This document shows, piece by piece, positions 1 to 9,671 of a DNA stretch of 64,000 nt. The first letter of the stretch is position 1. Every line of letters starts with the position of its first letter. Under the pieces are notes generated by a model. It did no database searches and had not been told where the DNA came from. It worked only from the letters and a program-made list of their open reading frames with translations. The position numbers and the translations under genes are program-made. Source of the DNA: Candidatus Versatilivorator sp. (GTDB lineage: Bacteria; Acidobacteriota; Terriglobia; Versatilivoradales; Versatilivoraceae); contig OZ242296.1 in NCBI GenBank assembly GCA_965207735.1, forward strand, positions 672,001 to 736,000, read 5' to 3'.

Positions 1-1356
1 CAGAATCTTTGCCGACTGCAGGGCCCCGGCGGTCTTCTGCAGCCAGTGGTAGAGAAGAATAGCGTTGAGTAGGGCTGCCAGGGAGGTGACCAGCGCCAGC
101 ACCCGGTAGCCCATGCCCACGCGCTCGATGAGCAACAAATTGGCGGTGACGCTCAGGGCCAGGGTTGCGGCGCTTATCAGAACCGGGATGCGGGGCCTGT
201 CGAGCGCATAGAAGGCGGGCACCATGAGCTTGATCACCGAGTAGGCAGCCAGCCCCAGAGCGTAGTAGATGAGCACCCATCCGGTCTCCAGGGTGTCCGC
301 GGCGGTGAATCGTCCTCGTTCATAGATCAGGGCCACCACCGGATGGCTGAGGCAGATGAGTCCCAGGGATGCCGGCACGTTGAAGAACAGAGAGAGACGT
401 AGAGACGTGGAAAGAGTGTCGCGAAGTTGCCGGTTCCGATGGTGTGCGGCGTGGGCGGAGAGGGTGGGCAGAGCTGCCGAAGCGATGGCCACGCCGAAGA
501 TGCCAATGGGCAAATACATCAGACGAAAGGCGGCGTTGAGCCAGCTTACGGCTCCCTCCTGCTGGTAGCTTGCCAGCCAGGTGTTCACCAGGAGATTGAC
601 CTGGGTAACCGCCAGGCCAAAGGTTCCCGGACCCATCAGCAGCAGGATCTTCTTGAGGCCCGGATGTTCGAAGGAAACCCCCATGGTGTACTGAAATCCG
701 AGTTTGGAGAGGGAAGGGAACTGGACCGCCACTTGCAGAGCCCCGCCGACGATCACCCCGACGGCCATTCCAACCACCGGATCGACGCCATAGGCCGGCA
801 GAAGCCAGTACAGAGATAGGGCCACCACAATGGATCCCAGGTTGAAAGTGGCCGGCGCCAGGGCCGGAATGAAGAATTTGCCGTGGCAATTCAGCACTCC
901 CATGGCGACGGCGGCCAGGGCCACCAGCAGCAGGAAGGGCAACATGATCCGGGTCAACAGGACGGTGAGCTCGAACTTGCCGGGTTGGTTGCCGAAACCG
1001 CCGGCAATGGTTTCCACGATCCAGGAAGCATTGAAGATTCCCAGCAGGACAATCAAACCCAGCACGACCACCAGGAAGTTGATGACCAGGGAGGCCAGAC
1101 GCCAGGCGGCCTGGGGCCCCTGGCGTTGAAGGGTCTTGGTGAAGGTGGGCACGAAAGCCGCACTCATGGCCCCTTCGGCAAAAAGATCCCTCAGAAGGTT
1201 GGGGATTCTGAATGCGACGTAGAAGGCGTCGGTTTGAAGGCGGGTGAACAGGGCCAGCAGAAGGGTTTCCCGCACCAGGCCCAGGATCCTGCTGATGATG
1301 GTCGCAAGGCTGATCAGCCCGGCGGATTTGACTAGCGGAGGGGGCTCATGGGTCAT
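1..1356 (-). CDS. murJ: Lipid II flippase MurJ (MviN); runs off the window start
   Basis: Manual translation from ATG at 1356: MTHEPPPLVKSAGLISLATIISRILGLVRE...DAFYVAFRIPNLLRDLFAEGAMSAAFVPTF, the typical MurJ N-terminus. Not in the ORF track because the stop lies outside the window. Confidence 0.93.
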   Translation of the reverse strand, partial: MTHEPPPLVKSAGLISLATIISRILGLVRETLLLALFTRLQTDAFYVAFRIPNLLRDLFAEGAMSAAFVPTFTKTLQRQGPQAAWRLASLVINFLVVVLGLIVLLGIFNASWIVETIAGGFGNQPGKFELTVLLTRIMLPFLLLVALAAVAMGVLNCHGKFFIPALAPATFNLGSIVVALSLYWLLPAYGVDPVVGMAVGVIVGGALQVAVQFPSLSKLGFQYTMGVSFEHPGLKKILLLMGPGTFGLAVTQVNLLVNTWLASYQQEGAVSWLNAAFRLMYLPIGIFGVAIASAALPTLSAHAAHHRNRQLRDTLSTSLRLSLFFNVPASLGLICLSHPVVALIYERGRFTAADTLETGWVLIYYALGLAAYSVIKLMVPAFYALDRPRIPVLISAATLALSVTANLLLIERVGMGYRVLALVTSLAALLNAILLYHWLQKTAGALQSAKIL

Positions 1357-1385
1357 CAGGGCAACCGCCGGGGGTTGAGTGCAAG

Positions 1386-2432
1386 TTACTTCATCAGGTC
1401 TTCAACTTTTCGTTGAAGTTGTCTGAGAGACTTGTTCATTTCCGGCAGCTTGGCGAAGAGCGCCGAACACTTCAACCAAAGTCGGTTGTCAATGGCGGGA
1501 TAGCCCGAGACCAGTTTGCCTGGTGCGACGTCGGAGGGGATTCCAGTCTGGGCGGTCGCGATGGCGCCGTCGCCAATTCGGCAATGGCCGGCCACCCCGA
1601 CCTGACCGGTCAAGATCACGTTGTCGCCGACATCGGTGCTTCCGGCCAGACCGACCTGGGCACAAAGAAGGGTGTCCCGGCCCACCTTCGATCCGTGCCC
1701 TACCTGGACGAGATTGTCGACCTTGGCGCCCTTGCGGATGCGGGTCTCGCCAACAGCGGCCCGGTCCACGGTGGCGTTGGCCTGGACCTCCACCTCATCT
1801 TCCAGAACCACGGCTCCGGCCTGAGTGATCTTGGCGTAGCTTCCGTCCTCCCGCTTGGCAAAGCCATAGCCGTCGGCGCCGATGACGACGCCATTCTGCA
1901 GGATCACCCCGTTGCCAATGGAGCAGTTCTCGCGAACGCAAGCGTGGGAGTGCGCCGTGAAATCGTGGCCGATAGTGACCCCGGAATAGATCACGACATG
2001 AGGATGCAGAACGACGTTGTCCCCGATGACCGCATCCCTGTCGACAATGACATAGGGGCCGATCGAAGGATTGCTGCCGATCACCGCGTTGTCGGCAATG
2101 ACTGCCGTCCCGTGGATGCCCCGCGGCGCAACCGGGGGACTGTAGAACAGATCGATCGATTGGGCAAAACTCAAATAGGGGTCTCTGGAGCGGAGCGTGC
2201 TGATGGTCAAGGGCGGAAAGTCCCTGGACACGATGATGGCCGAAGCCTGGGTGGAGCGAAGTTTCTTCTGGTACTTGCGATTCGCGAGGAAGGTCAGCTC
2301 GCCGGGCCGGGCTTCGTCAATGGGGGCGACGCCGCTGATCAGCAGATCGCCGTCCCCCTCGAGGTCGCAGTTCAGAGCCTTGGCAATCTCGGCTAGAGTC
2401 ATGGTGGGCAGGCTCAGGGACGCTTCCGGCAA
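1386..2432 (-). CDS. lpxD: UDP-3-O-acylglucosamine N-acyltransferase
   Basis: Hexapeptide repeats with IGADGYGF, IDRA-like and KVDNLVQVGH motifs. The true start may be ATG at 2402 (MTLAEIA). Confidence 0.95.
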   Translation of the reverse strand: MPEASLSLPTMTLAEIAKALNCDLEGDGDLLISGVAPIDEARPGELTFLANRKYQKKLRSTQASAIIVSRDFPPLTISTLRSRDPYLSFAQSIDLFYSPPVAPRGIHGTAVIADNAVIGSNPSIGPYVIVDRDAVIGDNVVLHPHVVIYSGVTIGHDFTAHSHACVRENCSIGNGVILQNGVVIGADGYGFAKREDGSYAKITQAGAVVLEDEVEVQANATVDRAAVGETRIRKGAKVDNLVQVGHGSKVGRDTLLCAQVGLAGSTDVGDNVILTGQVGVAGHCRIGDGAIATAQTGIPSDVAPGKLVSGYPAIDNRLWLKCSALFAKLPEMNKSLRQLQRKVEDLMK

Positions 2433-2483
2433 AGGCTGAAATTATATTACGATAACAGTGGCGTCAAGGAAACGGGTGCTTCA

Positions 2484-3626
2484 ATGTTCAGCGAAATTTC
2501 GGGATTCATCAACTACCTTACGGTTGAAAAAGGACTTTCCAGAAACACCTTGGCCGCCTACAAGTCGGATTTGGCAAAGCTCCAGCAATTTCTGGAAAAG
2601 CGGAAACTCTCGTTGGCATCTTTGACTCCGAGCCAGCTGCAGGATTTTGTTCAGACACTTCAGCAGGACGCCGGCTCCGCTTCAAGAGTTCTGTCCGAGC
2701 TCCAGAAATATCTGAAGAAGCGGAAACTGTCTCCGGCATCTTTGACTCCGAGTCGGCTGCAGGATTTTGTTCAGACACTTCAGCAGGACGCCGGCTCCGC
2801 TTCAAGAGTTCTGTCCGAGCTCCAGAAATATCTGAACAAGCGGAAACTGTCTCTGGCATCTTTGACTCCGAGCCAGCGGCAGGAATTCATCCGGAAGCTT
2901 CAACTCGACGCCCGCTCCATTTCAAGAATTCTGTCGGCGGTTCGCGGCCTTTGCCGTTGGATGGTCCTGGAGGGAAGGCGAACCGAGGACCCGTCCGAGA
3001 ACCTGGAATTGCCGAAAGTCTGGAAAAGGCTGCCAGGGGTTCTGTCCTTGAAACAGGTGGAAGCCCTGCTGTCCCAGCCCGACCGAAAGAAGCCCCGCGG
3101 CCCCAGAGACAAGGACGTATTACTTAGAGACAAAGCCATGCTGGAAGTGCTCTACGCGACGGGTCTGCGTGTTTCGGAGCTGGTGTCTCTGGAAGTCAGG
3201 GACCTGCATAGCGATCGCGACCGGGGGTACCTGCACTGTCAGGGAAAGGGTGGAAAGGTGCGGGCCGTTCCCCTGGGCAACTCAGCCAAGGAGGCATTGG
3301 AGCAGTACATGGAGCACGCCCGGCAGAGTTTGCTCAAGGGGAAGGGTTCTTCCCTGATCTTTGTCACCAACCGAGGGCGGGGGATGACCCGCCAGGGGTT
3401 TTGGAAGATGATCCGGCGTTACGGAGAACTGGCGGGGATCCGGTCGTCTCTCAAGCCCCATGCCTTGCGCCATTCCTTTGCGACCCATCTCTTGCAGCGG
3501 GGGGCCGACCTGCGGGCGGTGCAGATGATGCTCGGTCACTCCGATCTCTCCACCACCCAGATCTATACCCATGTATTGAAAGAGCGCCTGAAAGGGATCT
3601 ACCGAGAGCACCACCCCAGGGCCTAG
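2484..3626 (+). CDS. xerD: Tyrosine recombinase XerD with an ~80-aa repeat expansion in the N-terminal domain
   Basis: VEKGLSRNTLAAY, LYATGLRVSEL, MTRQGFW, HALRHSFATHLL..GADLRAVQMMLGHSDLSTTQIYTHV, ending HHPRA. Confidence 0.92.
   Translation: MFSEISGFINYLTVEKGLSRNTLAAYKSDLAKLQQFLEKRKLSLASLTPSQLQDFVQTLQQDAGSASRVLSELQKYLKKRKLSPASLTPSRLQDFVQTLQQDAGSASRVLSELQKYLNKRKLSLASLTPSQRQEFIRKLQLDARSISRILSAVRGLCRWMVLEGRRTEDPSENLELPKVWKRLPGVLSLKQVEALLSQPDRKKPRGPRDKDVLLRDKAMLEVLYATGLRVSELVSLEVRDLHSDRDRGYLHCQGKGGKVRAVPLGNSAKEALEQYMEHARQSLLKGKGSSLIFVTNRGRGMTRQGFWKMIRRYGELAGIRSSLKPHALRHSFATHLLQRGADLRAVQMMLGHSDLSTTQIYTHVLKERLKGIYREHHPRA
2581..2940 (+). repeat. Three tandem 120-bp (40-aa) units inside xerD
   Basis: Units start TCCAG at 2581, 2701 and 2821. 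Units 1 and 2 are near-identical; the second half of unit 3 has diverged. Confidence 0.95.
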
Positions 3627-5206
3627 GAGTCTGCGCCGCAGGACGATTTCGGAAAGTTCAAGAGCGAGAGGCTACTGCGCAAGGCCGGTTCCAAGGAGTG
3701 CTTGGGAGCCGCTTGGGCGTTGATAGAGTCTCAAGAGCCCTGTGGGCTCCCACAATGGGCGGTTGAGGACCTCCGTGGTCCTGGGTATTGGGTGGAAATC
3801 CCTTGCTTCAGGCTGCCATCAGCGCACTCATCCTCTTGATGTTGAGGGCCAGACACACCAAGTCCCACTCCCCCTGCACTGACTGCAAGCCCCGCAGACT
3901 GAACCGTCGGAATCCCAGCCCCTCCTTGATCCACCCATGAGGGGCTTCGGCAATCCACTTCCTCCGCCGATACTCCACCTGACCGGCTAGGCTGGCCAGC
4001 TTCTTCCTCATACGACTCTTGGCCGGATGCTTCCTGGGATCGATCTCTACCGCCCGCTTCCCCTCGCGCCCCAGCGCAACATAACCGTCCACTCCTCTCT
4101 CTTCCAGGGCCTGCAAGTCCGCCTCATTGCAGTAGCCCGCATCCGCCAGCACCTGTTTCGGTATCTCCTGGAAGCTCTCCTCCACCTCCTCCAGCAACTC
4201 CATCATCTGCCCCTGATCGCTCGCCTGCGCCGTTACCTCGGTGGCCACAATGATCTGGTGCTCTCCGTCCACCGCCACCTGCGCGTTGTAGCATTGCTGG
4301 AACCCCTCGGTGGAAGTCTTCATGATCCGGCTTTCCGGATCGGTGAAATTACTCTGCGCCTTCTCCTCCGGTTCTCCGTAGGCCCGCTTGTAGGGCCGTC
4401 GTGCTTTCGGGTTGCGGTCCTGTCCCGGTTTGCGCCCCCGCTCCTCATCGGCCTCCCGCTGGGCCGCCTCCAGCCGCTGCTTGGCCGCCTCGATCGCCGC
4501 CAGCCGGTCCTCCCGCCGACGCAACTCCTCGGGCAACTCGTCCCCACGCCGGTCTTCCCCGTAGCGCTCATCTTCCTCCCGGTCCTCCCGCCGCGCCTGC
4601 TTCAACAACTCTTCGATCTCTTCCCTCAGTTGCCGCTCCCGCTCCCGCATCCGACCGTAGCTCATCGCCTTGCGCCGGCTCGCGTTCGCCCGCACCTTCG
4701 TCCCGTCGATCCCCAATCGCCCCAACCCCACCATCCCCATCTCCCGCGCCAAACGCACCACTTGCACCAACAGCCGCTTGAAGTCCTTCAAGTGCCGCCG
4801 GCGAAACTCGCACAGCGTCCGATGCTGCGGAAAGTTCCCCGCCGCCAGCATCCGAAACGCCACGTCCTCCTCCAGCTTCCTGGCAATCTTGCGCGACGAG
4901 AACACCCCCGTCGCATAGGCGTAGATCAATACCTTCACCATCATCCCCGGCTCATAGGGCGAGTTGCGCCTCCCGTCCTCTTCATACCGCCGGTAGAACG
5001 CTCCCAACTCCAGCCCATCCACCAACTCGCTCACCTGATGCGCCAAGTGTCCTTCCGGTACCCACTCCCGCAGGTCCGGCGGCAGCATCAACAACTGCTT
5101 CGGTTCATACGGGCGAAACCTCGTCCCCATTCACCACCTCCCATGATCTCTCTAAGCCCGTTATTCTATCATTCAGCCCTGCCTGGGTTTTCTGCGGCGC
5201 AGACTC
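3627..5206 (-). mobile_element. IS1182-family insertion sequence
   Basis: Perfect 15-bp TIR GAGTCTGCGCCGCAG (3627-3641; 5192-5206), flanked by CTAG direct repeats (3623-3626, 5207-5210). Confidence 0.9.
3808..5130 (-). CDS. IS1182-family DDE transposase
   Basis: LLMLPPDLREWVPEGHL, SSRKIAR, IDGTKVRANAS, SNFTDPESRIMK, YNAQVAVD, LADAGY. Confidence 0.92.
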   Translation of the reverse strand: MGTRFRPYEPKQLLMLPPDLREWVPEGHLAHQVSELVDGLELGAFYRRYEEDGRRNSPYEPGMMVKVLIYAYATGVFSSRKIARKLEEDVAFRMLAAGNFPQHRTLCEFRRRHLKDFKRLLVQVVRLAREMGMVGLGRLGIDGTKVRANASRRKAMSYGRMRERERQLREEIEELLKQARREDREEDERYGEDRRGDELPEELRRREDRLAAIEAAKQRLEAAQREADEERGRKPGQDRNPKARRPYKRAYGEPEEKAQSNFTDPESRIMKTSTEGFQQCYNAQVAVDGEHQIIVATEVTAQASDQGQMMELLEEVEESFQEIPKQVLADAGYCNEADLQALEERGVDGYVALGREGKRAVEIDPRKHPAKSRMRKKLASLAGQVEYRRRKWIAEAPHGWIKEGLGFRRFSLRGLQSVQGEWDLVCLALNIKRMSALMAA

Positions 5207-5210
5207 CTAG

Positions 5211-6209
5211 CCCGCATTTCTCAGTGCGCCATGGAAAGGCGCCTTCTTCCAACGGGTGCGAAACCCGTCCAACAACTGTCGCTCCGGTTGGTAGCAGCCA
5301 GGGCGGATCATGGAGGTAACGATATGGTCTGAAGCCCTCTGGTGTCAAAGGGCCGCTTAAGGCGGTTCAGCGAGCATGCGGGCCGGAACGCGAGTGAACG
5401 TCGAGCAGGCCTCGAAACGGGCAATGCGGGGGCCGACCCACCTGAGAAATGGGGAAGGCCGAAGACGGAGGGGGAAGCGAGCGACGCGGGCACCCCTTTG
5501 GACCCGCCGGGGTAGTGGCGCTGGCACGCATGGAAGGGGAAGAAGGCAGCAACATGGGAAGCCCTGTGGGTGGTGAGGCACGCACCGAACCGGAAGCTCG
5601 CGAGAGTCAGTCTAGGCCGACAGGGTGGCGGAGAGGCCTGTAGTACCGGAGAAGCCGGGTAATACCGGTGGAGGGAAGGGGCCTCAGGTGAGGAGCGGTG
5701 ACCGAAGGGGGAAGGGTCCCGGGAGTGGCGAAAGCCTGAAACCCCGACCAAAAAAGGGCCGGAGACTCCGGAAGCATCACATGCAAAAGTGAAAGGGTCG
5801 TCGGAGGAGGACGGCGTCGTCAGGGCATCAACAGGCCTGGCGGCAACCCGGGAGCGGAAGTGGATGGAGTGGGGGACGGGTGCCAATCCCATAGGAGTCG
5901 TCCACGGATGCGAGCGGGGACCTGTGTGCGAGACGCATGATCCCACTGGAGAGCCGAGATGCGGGAAAACCGCACGTCCGGTTCGGAGAGCGGGGACTGG
6001 AAACGTGATAAGGGAGCCGGACTGAGGCCCGAAGCGAAAGCGACGGAATAGCCACCGGACCCTATAGTCAACGCGCCAGTCCTCGACTCTACCCAAGGGG
6101 CATGCCCAGAGCTGTCTGTTACCCGCAAGCCCTTACCAGAGAGCCAATCAAAGTACTGAAGATAAACTACTTTTCGTCATGGCACCAGCGACCTGGCGAG
6201 AAATGCGGG
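5211..6209. mobile_element. ~130-bp MITE with IS1380-type ends, left TIR interrupted by a group II intron
   Basis: Left end CCCGCATTTCTCA (5211-5223) plus CC (6093-6094); right end GGCGAGAAATGCGGG (6195-6209); flanks CTAG/CTAA. Ends match the IS1380 at 18340 and the MITE at 50943. Confidence 0.82.
5224..6092 (+). ncRNA. ORF-less group II intron, copy 1 (869 nt)
   Basis: 5' GTGCG, 3' CTCTAC; domain V GAGCCGAGATGCGGGAAAACCGCACGTCCGGTTC at ~5951-5984. Homologous to the RT-bearing intron at 57657-59651. EBS2 ATGCGGG (5424-5430) and EBS1 TGAGAA (5443-5448) pair with the 5' exon. Confidence 0.92.
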
Positions 6210-7694
6210 CTAAGCGGGCCCGTGTCCCGCGGGCAGGCTGGATCCAGCCAGGGGAATCGAGACCAGAAAAGATGTTCCTCGGCCAACCTGGCTTTCCACG
6301 GCAATGGTGCCCGCGTGGTCGTCGATGATCTTTTTGGTAATCGACATTCCCAAGCCGAACCCCGTCGGCTTGCCTTGGGTGAAGAAGGGCTGGAAGAGGG
6401 TGGCTTGAGCGTGGGCGGGAATGCCGCCGCCATTGTCGGTGAGCCGGATGCAGGCTTGATCCTCCCGGGTTTCGGTGCGAATCGAGAAGGTGCCTCCACC
6501 CTTGAGCGCATCCTTGGCATTGACCGCGATATTCAGCAGAGCCCGCCTGAATTTGTCCTTGTCGACGGTGACCCGGGCATCGCAGTTGAACTCCCGAACA
6601 AAACGGGTGCCCTTGCCTTGGAACAGGGCCTGGATCTCAATGCAGCAATTCTTCAGAACCTGATCGAGGCTGCAGGTTTCCGGCGACATGCAGGTCTTCT
6701 TGTCGTTGGCGAACTGCAGGATCTCGTCCAGCATCCGTTCCATGCGCTCGACCTCGAAGTGGATGAATGCCAGGCATTCCTGCTTTTTGTCAGCCGACAG
6801 GTCGAAGTCACTCATGACGGAAGCAAAACCCTTGATGACGGTGATGGGCGTTCGGCAGTCGTGGACGATGGTATTGACCATGGTGCCGACCGCCGCCAGC
6901 TTTTCCGTCTTGATTCGTTCCTCCTGACTCTGCCTGATGCGGTCCATCATGTGGTTGAAGTGGTTGGCCAGTCCCTCCAGCTCGTCACCCGTCTTGACTT
7001 GAATTCGGTGAGAAAGGTCGCCCGCGGAGGCCTTCAAGGCTCCGCCGACTATGGTGGAAACGGGGACTGTGATCCGGTTGGCCAAGATACAGGCGCCCAC
7101 AATTCCCGTCACCGCGGCCGCCAGGCCCACCTGCAGGATGACGAGCTGTATTTCCCATACCTGCTGATTCATGCCGTCGGTCGAGAAGCCCAGGCGGACC
7201 GTTCCCCAACGTCCCGGAGACTCGGGCGACAGAACCGGGACCGTGAAATCCAAGACCGGGTCGAAAGAAGAAACCTTGCTTGGGGCGAATCGGAGTCGAC
7301 GAATGAGGGGTTTGCGGGCCTGCAGGGATTGCCGGGCCTCGGCTCCCGTTGGATGGGTGTCGATCAGGGAACTGTCTTCGGAATGGGCTGCCACCTTGCC
7401 TTCCTTGTCATAGACGATGACATAGAGGAGGTCGCTTTCCCCTCGAGCCAGCCGTGCGTTGACTTGGAGCATGCGGTAGTTGTAGGTCTGCAGATGGGTC
7501 AAGTTTGCTCCGCTGGCGAAGATTCGGGCGATGGCGATCCCGCGCTGCCGGGTGTGGTCGCGAATGACTTGGTGCATGCGGTGACTCAGCAAACCAATTG
7601 CCGGCAGGAGGACCGAAGCAAGTAAGAGGACCGTAGCCGATATCAACTTCGTCCTCAGGTTGATTCGGGAAAAAGCGCGCATGTAGGCCTCCAA
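6210..7694 (-). CDS. HAMP-domain sensor histidine kinase
   Basis: Two TM segments, HAMP (DELEGLANHFNHM), H-box HDCRTP, N/G/F boxes (DNGGGIP, FQPFFT, GFGLGM). Confidence 0.9.
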   Translation of the reverse strand: MEAYMRAFSRINLRTKLISATVLLLASVLLPAIGLLSHRMHQVIRDHTRQRGIAIARIFASGANLTHLQTYNYRMLQVNARLARGESDLLYVIVYDKEGKVAAHSEDSSLIDTHPTGAEARQSLQARKPLIRRLRFAPSKVSSFDPVLDFTVPVLSPESPGRWGTVRLGFSTDGMNQQVWEIQLVILQVGLAAAVTGIVGACILANRITVPVSTIVGGALKASAGDLSHRIQVKTGDELEGLANHFNHMMDRIRQSQEERIKTEKLAAVGTMVNTIVHDCRTPITVIKGFASVMSDFDLSADKKQECLAFIHFEVERMERMLDEILQFANDKKTCMSPETCSLDQVLKNCCIEIQALFQGKGTRFVREFNCDARVTVDKDKFRRALLNIAVNAKDALKGGGTFSIRTETREDQACIRLTDNGGGIPAHAQATLFQPFFTQGKPTGFGLGMSITKKIIDDHAGTIAVESQVGRGTSFLVSIPLAGSSLPAGHGPA

Positions 7695-7986
7695 CGGAGG
7701 GAGTCCTGTATGGCGATGCTGCTGGAAGGTGTCGGGGAGGGGGGTATCCTAACACCGCCCATGAAGCCGGTCAACCACTCCGACACCACTCCGATGCCTC
7801 AGCGAACCCCTGCTGGCGGAGCTGCGGGGTCTGTTTGGTTTCCGGAGATTGTGTGATACTTTGGGGCGCTTATCTGCCCGGTGGCAGGAGTCACCGGGCA
7901 GACGAAGCAGCGGCCGGCAGGGCTGTCGGCGACCCCTCTGATGCGAGTGTCGAGGCGTCGACACCCGACCGGCGGTTGGAAGCCCG

Positions 7987-8742
7987 ATGGGGATTCTGAG
8001 CAGTGAAGCCATCATCCTGCGGACCTATCCGCTCAGGGAAACTGACAAGCTGGTGGTGGCCTATACTCGAAAGTACGGCAAAGTGCGCGGGGTGGCTCGT
8101 GGAAGCCGTCGGATCAGAAGCCGCTTTTCCGGCCGGCTGGAACCCTTGTCCTGGGTGGAGCTGGTTGCCTTCGAAGGGCGTAGTCCGGAGCTGGTGTCTA
8201 TCGACAAGGTGGAGTTGCTGAAGGGTTATGGCCTGGCGATGCAGGACTACCAGGCCTACCTGCGTTCCTCCTATTTGTTGGAGCTCCTGATGGAAACGGT
8301 TCCTGAACATGAAGCCAACGACTCTCTATTTCGCCTGTTGTTGCATGTGCTACCGTTGCTGGGGAATAGTCACGACTCCCGGCTGGCCTCCGTCTATTTC
8401 CAGATCTGGCACTTGAAACTGGCAGGGTTGCTGCCCAGCCTTGACGCATGCAGTCGTTGCGGTGCGGCATTGGGCCGTAGTACGGGAGCCTGGTGCCGAT
8501 TGGAAGTTCTGGGACTTTTCTGCCAGGAATGCCGACAAGGTGCGGGACATCGGGTATTCGGGGAGGTCCTGGAGTTGGCTGGTCAGGTGGTGAAGAAGTC
8601 TTTGCCGGATCTGGCCCGCGGGCAATTAGCAAACAAGACCGTTTCCGCGCTTAACGCGGTAGCGGAGGAGATGGTGCAGACCGGCTTTGAGCGGAAGTTC
8701 GATTCGCTGTCGCTGCTGCGGCAGGAGTCCGGGAATCGGTAG
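7987..8742 (+). CDS. recO: DNA repair protein RecO
   Basis: AIILRTYPLRETDKLV..YGKVRGVARG; CxxC...CxxC zinc finger; upstream of glyQS. Confidence 0.92.
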   Translation: MGILSSEAIILRTYPLRETDKLVVAYTRKYGKVRGVARGSRRIRSRFSGRLEPLSWVELVAFEGRSPELVSIDKVELLKGYGLAMQDYQAYLRSSYLLELLMETVPEHEANDSLFRLLLHVLPLLGNSHDSRLASVYFQIWHLKLAGLLPSLDACSRCGAALGRSTGAWCRLEVLGLFCQECRQGAGHRVFGEVLELAGQVVKKSLPDLARGQLANKTVSALNAVAEEMVQTGFERKFDSLSLLRQESGNR

Positions 8743-8745
8743 ATC

Positions 8746-9594
8746 ATGTGGTTCCAACGACTATTCATGGAATTGCTGACGTTCTGGGCAGAGCAAGGCT
8801 GTGTCATCCACTTGCCCTATGACGTGGAAAAAGGGGCGGGAACCATGAATCCGGAGACCTTTTTCCGGGTTCTGGGGCCTGATTCCTATCGGGTGGCCTA
8901 TCTGGAGCCCAGCCGGCGTCCCGCAGACGGCCGATATGGCGAGAATCCCAACCGGGTCCAAAAGCACCACCAGCTTCAAGTCGTCCTGAAGCCCGGCCCG
9001 CCGGATGTGCAGGCTCTCTATCTGGAGAGTTTGGAGAAGATCGGCATTCAGTTGCGAGCCCACGATATTCGATTTGAAGAGGACAATTGGGAATCGCCCA
9101 CCCTCGGGGCTTGGGGCGCCGGCTGGCAGGTGCTGCTGGACGGGCTGGAGATCACCCAGTTTACCTATTTTCAGCAGGCCGGAGGACTGGAGCTGAATCC
9201 GGTTTCGGTGGAAATTACCTACGGGTTGGAACGAATCGGAATGTTCCTGAACCACTTGTCGGATGTGTTCGATCTGGACTGGAATGCCGGGGTCAGTTAT
9301 CGGGACCTCAGGCACGAGGACGAAGTCCAGTTTTCCCGTTACAATTTCGAAGTTGCCGATGTCGACCGGCACTTCGACTGGTTCACCGGCTATGAAAAGG
9401 AAGCCGACCGCCTGATAGAGATGGGGTTGATCCTGCCGGCCTACGATTACTGTCTCAAATGCTCGCACACCTTCAATGTTCTGGATGCCAGGGGCGCCAT
9501 CAGCGTCTCGGAACGCACCCAGTTGATTCAGCGGGTGCGCACCCTTGCCTGCCGCGTCGCTCAACGATATCTGGCCGGCCGGGACCAACTGTAG
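8746..9594 (+). CDS. glyQ: Glycine-tRNA ligase alpha subunit
   Basis: [42 protein letters not shown]. Confidence 0.97.
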   Translation: MWFQRLFMELLTFWAEQGCVIHLPYDVEKGAGTMNPETFFRVLGPDSYRVAYLEPSRRPADGRYGENPNRVQKHHQLQVVLKPGPPDVQALYLESLEKIGIQLRAHDIRFEEDNWESPTLGAWGAGWQVLLDGLEITQFTYFQQAGGLELNPVSVEITYGLERIGMFLNHLSDVFDLDWNAGVSYRDLRHEDEVQFSRYNFEVADVDRHFDWFTGYEKEADRLIEMGLILPAYDYCLKCSHTFNVLDARGAISVSERTQLIQRVRTLACRVAQRYLAGRDQL

Positions 9595-9671
9595 CCCGCT
9601 CGGGGACCCAATCTGGACCAAGAGGGGCGATTCACCCTGAAGTTTCCGATTAGACTTCCCCACTTAAATCA

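Noticed and set aside
5308-6096. 262-aa ORF, and its twin within 19889-20809
   Set aside because: Antisense shadows of the GC-rich intron RNA with no protein motifs.
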